IMG/VR virus record: IMGVR_UViG_3300030613_000009
Span: 53,974-73,973 of that record
From: an uncultured virus (IMG/VR IMGVR_UViG_3300030613_000009)
Taxonomy: Duplodnaviria; Heunggongvirae; Uroviricota; Caudoviricetes
DNA: 20,000 nt
Strand: one strand, 5' to 3'
How positions within the stretch are numbered: the first letter of the stretch is position 1; each line of letters opens with the position of its first letter. Of the stretch, positions 17,664 through 20,000 are shown in pieces. Position numbers and translations under genes: made by a program. Under the pieces are notes generated by a model. That model was not told the origin of the DNA. It worked only from the letters and a program-made list of their open reading frames with translations, and searched no databases.

Positions 17664-17679
17664 CCCAGGAGCACCACAT

Positions 17680-17940
17680 ATGAAAGTCCATGAATTGAGG
17701 GCCATGCTGGAGGGATATCATCCCGACCTGGACGTGGTTGTGAGCAATGGGTTCATCACCGTCGCAGACATCCTGGACGTGGTTGTGAGCAATGGGTTCA
17801 TCACCGTCGCAGACATCCTCCCCCACCCCACTTTCACAACCGGCAATCCTTGGAATTCGGCCAGGAACCGGTTTGGTGTCGAGACCGACACCCCCATCCT
17901 GGTGCTCAACCTCTCTATCGACCTCCCCTTTAAATTGTGA
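17680..17940 (+). CDS. Hypothetical protein with internal 15-aa duplication
   Basis: AGGAG SD; MKVHELRAMLEGYHPDLDVVV is a common N-terminal pattern in small phage proteins. Confidence 0.8.
   Translation: MKVHELRAMLEGYHPDLDVVVSNGFITVADILDVVVSNGFITVADILPHPTFTTGNPWNSARNRFGVETDTPILVLNLSIDLPFKL
17727..17819 (+). repeat. Exact 45-bp tandem duplication
   Basis: cctggacgtggttgtgagcaatgggttcatcaccgtcgcagacat occurs at 17727 and 17772, followed by cct. Confidence 0.95.
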
Positions 17941-17960
17941 CAGCCTCAAGGAGCAACACC

Positions 17961-18383
17961 GTGAAGATGCTTCAGATTCAGAAGGCAGATGGGACTGGGC
18001 TTGTCAAGCTCTCAATCGTCAAGGGTCTGGGACATGGGTTCTTTTTGACCAAGCCCAGCCTCAAGGCCCAAAAGGAGGGCTTCAAGGGTCCCTACCAAAT
18101 CACCCATGCTGGTGGATGTCGCCTGGCTTCAGCAAGCAAGCCAGAGGTCCTGGAGCAGGTGTACCTGGCCGTGGTCGCAAATCCGACCGTCCAGGTGGCT
18201 CTGACGGAGATGGCTGAAGTAATGGGTCACGCTTTGCCTCGCCTCGACGGCGCAGCCTCACGTATCGAAGAGATGGCCTCCAAGCTGAAGGGGGTCCTCA
18301 ACGATAGGGTAGTCGACGCGCAGCATCATTTCGATGTCGGATGTGGCCGCAAAGCTGAAGGCGCTGCTCTGATGGGCGCTTGA
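17961..18383 (+). CDS. Hypothetical protein (140 aa), C-terminus possibly frameshifted
   Basis: GTG 17961 with AAGGAG SD. See the finding on 18303-18372. Confidence 0.75.
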   Translation: MKMLQIQKADGTGLVKLSIVKGLGHGFFLTKPSLKAQKEGFKGPYQITHAGGCRLASASKPEVLEQVYLAVVANPTVQVALTEMAEVMGHALPRLDGAASRIEEMASKLKGVLNDRVVDAQHHFDVGCGRKAEGAALMGA

Positions 18384-18418
18384 CTCTACCTTCGGACTCA
18401 CGTATATACATATCCATG
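18380..18418 (+). promoter_or_regulatory. Repeated early promoter cassette, leaderless type
   Basis: TTGACT-ctaccttcgGACTCacg-TATATA-catatcc-ATG. Confidence 0.85.
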
Positions 18419-18622
18419 AGCCACTACGAAATCCTCGGTGCAGCCCGCAGCTTCCTCCACACCCTCAACAAGGCGTCCGCTGCCGACCTCGACAAGGTCT
18501 ATCAAACCCTCGCCAACGAAGTGAACGACTCTCACTACGCCGAGAGGCTGGAGCCCAAGGCTGGAGCCCTCGCTGCGGTGTTCGCCGAAATCAATCGGCG
18601 TTGCTGGACCCACCACGATTGA
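18416..18622 (+). CDS. Hypothetical helical protein (68 aa)
   Basis: ORF 18380..18622 restarted at ATG 18416, the predicted +1. Confidence 0.75.
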   Translation: MSHYEILGAARSFLHTLNKASAADLDKVYQTLANEVNDSHYAERLEPKAGALAAVFAEINRRCWTHHD

Positions 18623-18631
18623 GATTTTCCC

Positions 18632-18761
18632 CTAGGGGTTTTCAGAGTGCTTGGTGTCCTGCATAAGGATTCCAGGCACTTAGCTTTTGTAGAAGCCCGA
18701 AACGGGGTCGTTTTGGGACTAGGGAAATCTCTGGAGACGGCTTGACTCTACCTTCGGACTC
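18632..18761. repeat. 130-bp intergenic direct repeat, copy 1 (structured, ends in the promoter)
   Basis: Aligns without gaps to 19457-19586; 110 of 130 positions identical by my manual count. Confidence 0.9.
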
Positions 18762-18780
18762 ACGTATATAGATGGACATG
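18742..18780 (+). promoter_or_regulatory. Repeated early promoter cassette, leaderless type
   Basis: TTGACT-ctaccttcgGACTCacg-TATATA-gatggac-ATG; identical to the 18380 copy from -35 through -10. Confidence 0.85.
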
Positions 18781-18903
18781 AACGGCCAAGAGCTTCCAAG
18801 GTGTCCGAAGTGCGGTGAAGTAGCCCGGGTCGTAGTCGTGACTAAGGCTCGGGCCGCTGCGTCCTCATCGTCAGGTGCCAGGCTGCTGAGACAGTTAAGG
18901 TGA
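18778..18903 (+). CDS. Small CxxC protein (41 aa), possibly frameshifted and continuing to 18977
   Basis: MNGQELPRCPKCGEVARVVVVTKARAAASSSSGARLLRQLR* from the leaderless ATG. Confidence 0.55.
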   Translation: MNGQELPRCPKCGEVARVVVVTKARAAASSSSGARLLRQLR

Positions 18904-18989
18904 GGGATATCGACGACCTGCTCGAGGGCATCCGGGAACACATCTGTACCAAACACGGTAGCGACTTTTTTGACTGAGGTGGACGAATC

Positions 18990-19190
18990 ATGGTGAATCT
19001 AATTACAACGGTAGTGTTGAATCTAAGCAACGGCAAAGAAACGATTGCGTACTCACTGCAAACGGACCATGGTGAGACGTCATGCAGTCCTGAGGACGCC
19101 ATTTTGCTGCGCTCTGCGCTCCGCGCTCCCTCTCGAGAGGACGGACATATCGGTAGTTGCGAGTATCCCCTCAAAGATTGTACTTGCTGA
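18990..19190 (+). CDS. Hypothetical protein with C-terminal His/Cys cluster
   Basis: GAGGTG SD; ends HIGSCEYPLKDCTC. Confidence 0.7.
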   Translation: MVNLITTVVLNLSNGKETIAYSLQTDHGETSCSPEDAILLRSALRAPSREDGHIGSCEYPLKDCTC

Positions 19191-19196
19191 AGGCTC

Positions 19197-19235
19197 TTGA
19201 CATCTAGTCCTGACTCTGGCATATAGATATCCATA
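19197..19235 (+). promoter_or_regulatory. Repeated early promoter cassette, leadered type
   Basis: TTGACA-tctagtcctGACTCtgg-CATATA-gatatcc-ATA, then AAGGAG SD. Confidence 0.85.
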
Positions 19236-19250
19236 CCAAGGAGAAACACC

Positions 19251-19430
19251 GTGAACGCCGACCAGTTGAAGGCAGATAAAGAAGAACTCAAGGACGCCGT
19301 CCGCCAGATGTTGAGTGCTTTCGACTCCCCTATCGCCCACATGCGCATGAAGAGTGAGTTTGCCAACGAGAGCCGGGCATTTGCCCGCGAAATTCTCGAG
19401 CGAATCTCAAAGAGGGATGACGAGCAGTAA
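19251..19430 (+). CDS. Hypothetical helical protein (59 aa)
   Basis: GTG start with AAGGAG SD; MNADQLKADKEELKDAVRQMLSAFDSPIAHMRMKSEFANESRAFAREILERISKRDDEQ*. Below the ORF-track cutoff. Confidence 0.8.
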   Translation: MNADQLKADKEELKDAVRQMLSAFDSPIAHMRMKSEFANESRAFAREILERISKRDDEQ

Positions 19431-19456
19431 GCGAGAGCGCGATTGAAGGTTTCGGA

Positions 19457-19586
19457 CTGGGGCTTTCCATAGTGCCTGGGGTCCTGCTTAAGGATTCTAA
19501 GCACTTAGCTTTTGCAGAAGCCCGAAACAGGGTCGTTTTGGGCCTAGGGGAATCCCTGGAGGGCGCTTGACGTCACCTTCGGACTC
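19457..19586. repeat. 130-bp intergenic direct repeat, copy 2 (promoter lacks its -10)
   Basis: Offset exactly 825 bp from copy 1. TTGACG and the GACTC spacer are present, but no CATATA/TATATA follows. Confidence 0.9.
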
Positions 19587-20000
19587 TGCTCAGGCCTGTA
19601 GTACTTTTGCCGATGTACCTCACGTCTTGGGTGCGAGGGTCGACCAAACCATAAACGAGCAGTGCTCTGACTCTAGATGACATCCAAACATCTTACCACT
19701 TACCTAGCACCAAAGCTACCTCCACCGTTCATGGCTGCAGTAACGGTCCGAAAGGCGTCTGCGTCTATACATGCAGGGCGCGCGGAGTCGGCGGGCTGGT
19801 CTTTGGTATTGACGACAAACTCGCGATGTAGTAATAATTGCTGTGGCATGCGCTCCATATGCGAGCCCTTTGGGGATTCAACCATCCGTGCCACCCGGAG
19901 TTCATGCATCATTTGGCCACAATAGAAATAAGGACGATATGTATATCTGCAGGCGCACACGGCTCCCCGGTCAATCACACTTCCATCTAGCCCGGGGCCA

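Noticed and set aside
18621..18731. tRNA (cloverleaf-like fold)
   Set aside because: Arm lengths are wrong, and there is no TTCGA T-loop, 7-nt anticodon loop or CCA end.
18842..19504. 220-aa minus-strand ORF
   Set aside because: It lies antisense to promoter- and SD-supported + genes, crosses a promoter and the repeat, and has no recognisable motif.
17238..19586. CRISPR-like array of ~36-nt repeats
   Set aside because: The repeats are 360-760 bp apart, separated by genes, and have -35/-10 promoter structure.
19677..19978. ORFs 19677..19925 (+) and 19700..19978 (-), and TTGACG-17nt-TAATAA at 19809
   Set aside because: The ORFs have no SD and atypical composition. The nearest ATG is 39 nt, not 36 nt, from the -35, so this is not counted as a cassette copy.
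1..20000. Stop-codon reassignment
   Set aside because: Genes tile densely under the standard code, and TAA, TAG and TGA all serve as stops at tight gene junctions.

Overview
This is bacteriophage DNA, probably from a large tailed lytic phage, in three blocks. (1) Positions 1-3862 (+) hold an operon of small overlapping ORFs, including an Rnl2-family RNA ligase and a DUF5664-type dATP/dGTP diphosphohydrolase. (2) Positions 3859-16945 (mostly -) hold a virion fibre/appendage cluster of Gly/Thr/Ala-rich proteins built from a shared set of shuffled modules, plus collagen, beta-helix and LamG proteins. A GIY-YIG endonuclease remnant and an opposite-strand HEXXH lipoprotein with its own promoter interrupt this cluster. 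(3) Positions 16967-19590 (+) hold an array of tiny genes driven by repeated promoter cassettes. Two regulatory grammars are visible. Eight sigma70-like promoters place the A of a CAT exactly 36 nt after the first T of TTGAC; five continue ATG (leaderless start) and three continue ATA into an AGGAG leader. A separate RTAATCT-N8-A motif precedes five minus-strand structural units. A structured 130-bp repeat occurs twice. The last ~410 bp begin in the middle of a promoter copy and have no convincing coding structure. All family assignments come from motif recognition by eye; no searches were run.
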